IMG/VR virus record: IMGVR_UViG_3300000115_000001
Reading direction: 5' to 3' (one strand)
Source of the DNA: a virus
Length of the DNA stretch: 51,055 bases
The position numbers and the translations under genes were made by a program. This document shows, in pieces, positions 50,767 through 51,055 of this stretch. Positions within the stretch are counted from its first letter, which is position 1. Every line of letters begins with the position of its first letter. The notes under the pieces were generated by a model that saw only the letters and a list, made by a program, of their open reading frames with translations, did no database searches and had not been told where the DNA came from.

Positions 50767-51055
50767 GGTTGAGTGGGGACTATTCCCCAGTGATATGCGC
50801 GTGGTTGGGCATTATTGCCCATGTGTCAGTGCAGGTGTGGCCCTACTGGACCGTAGTAACCTACTCATACACACATACTTATGTGCTTATCAGCACTTAG
50901 CCCCGCAGGGTCAGGGCTCGGTGGCTGTCCATACATACATATGGCCTCGTGCTGCAACCTCGGGCCTCCGGCCCTTCGTATCCCTCCCTCATTCGGCCCT
51001 TGAGGACCTATCGGACGGGGGGGCCTAGGGGGGATTCGAGTTGGTGGACCAGGGG
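50767..51055. promoter_or_regulatory. Copy of the GC-rich part of the control region (= 2978..3266)
   Basis: Identical repeat copy. It lacks the 15-mer, iterons and palindromes that lie beyond 3266. Confidence 0.6.

Larger units (their letters stand above)
47790..51055. repeat. Right copy of exact 3,266-bp direct terminal repeat (identical to 1..3266)
   Basis: Same as left copy. The repeat starts inside CDS 47642..48520 and ends inside a small hairpin of the non-coding control region. Confidence 0.97.

Noticed and set aside
1-51055. The terminal repeats as transposon or LTR ends, or as evidence of an integrated prophage
   Set aside because: The repeats are direct, 3.3 kb long and contain ordinary phage genes. 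I saw no transposase, integrase, att-like flanks or host genes. The window is entirely phage sequence.

Overview
The window is a complete tailed-phage (podovirus-type) genome of about 47.8 kb. It is written with an exact 3,266-bp terminal redundancy (1..3266 = 47790..51055). A 682-bp non-coding control region (2978..3659) separates two divergent arms; it holds a GC-rich structured block, CGTAAC iterons and ACTAGT palindromes. The rightward arm (3660..31794) carries an HTH protein and packaging genes, TerL, portal, scaffold and major capsid. It continues with a T7 gp11/gp12-like tail tube, three gp14/15/16-like internal virion proteins and a gp17-N-like fibre adaptor. It ends with two large beta-helix glycanase-like proteins bearing Sec or lipoprotein signals and a small lysis-like cassette. 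The leftward arm (50766..31791) starts with small early proteins and continues into a replication module. That module has a family-A DNA polymerase, a PD-(D/E)xK nuclease, an AEP prim-pol, UvrD-like and SNF2-like helicases, an HD hydrolase, a DnaQ-like exonuclease and one tRNA-CAT. I recognised no RNA polymerase, integrase or endolysin. The stand-out is a phage-borne ubiquitin-like conjugation cassette at 42375..45985, directly upstream of the polymerase gene. It comprises a beta-grasp Ubl, a UBC-like E2, a ThiF/E1 enzyme and a JAMM/JAB peptidase, with unknown partner genes interleaved. All functional calls come from reading motifs, sizes and gene order by eye; no database search or structure prediction was run.
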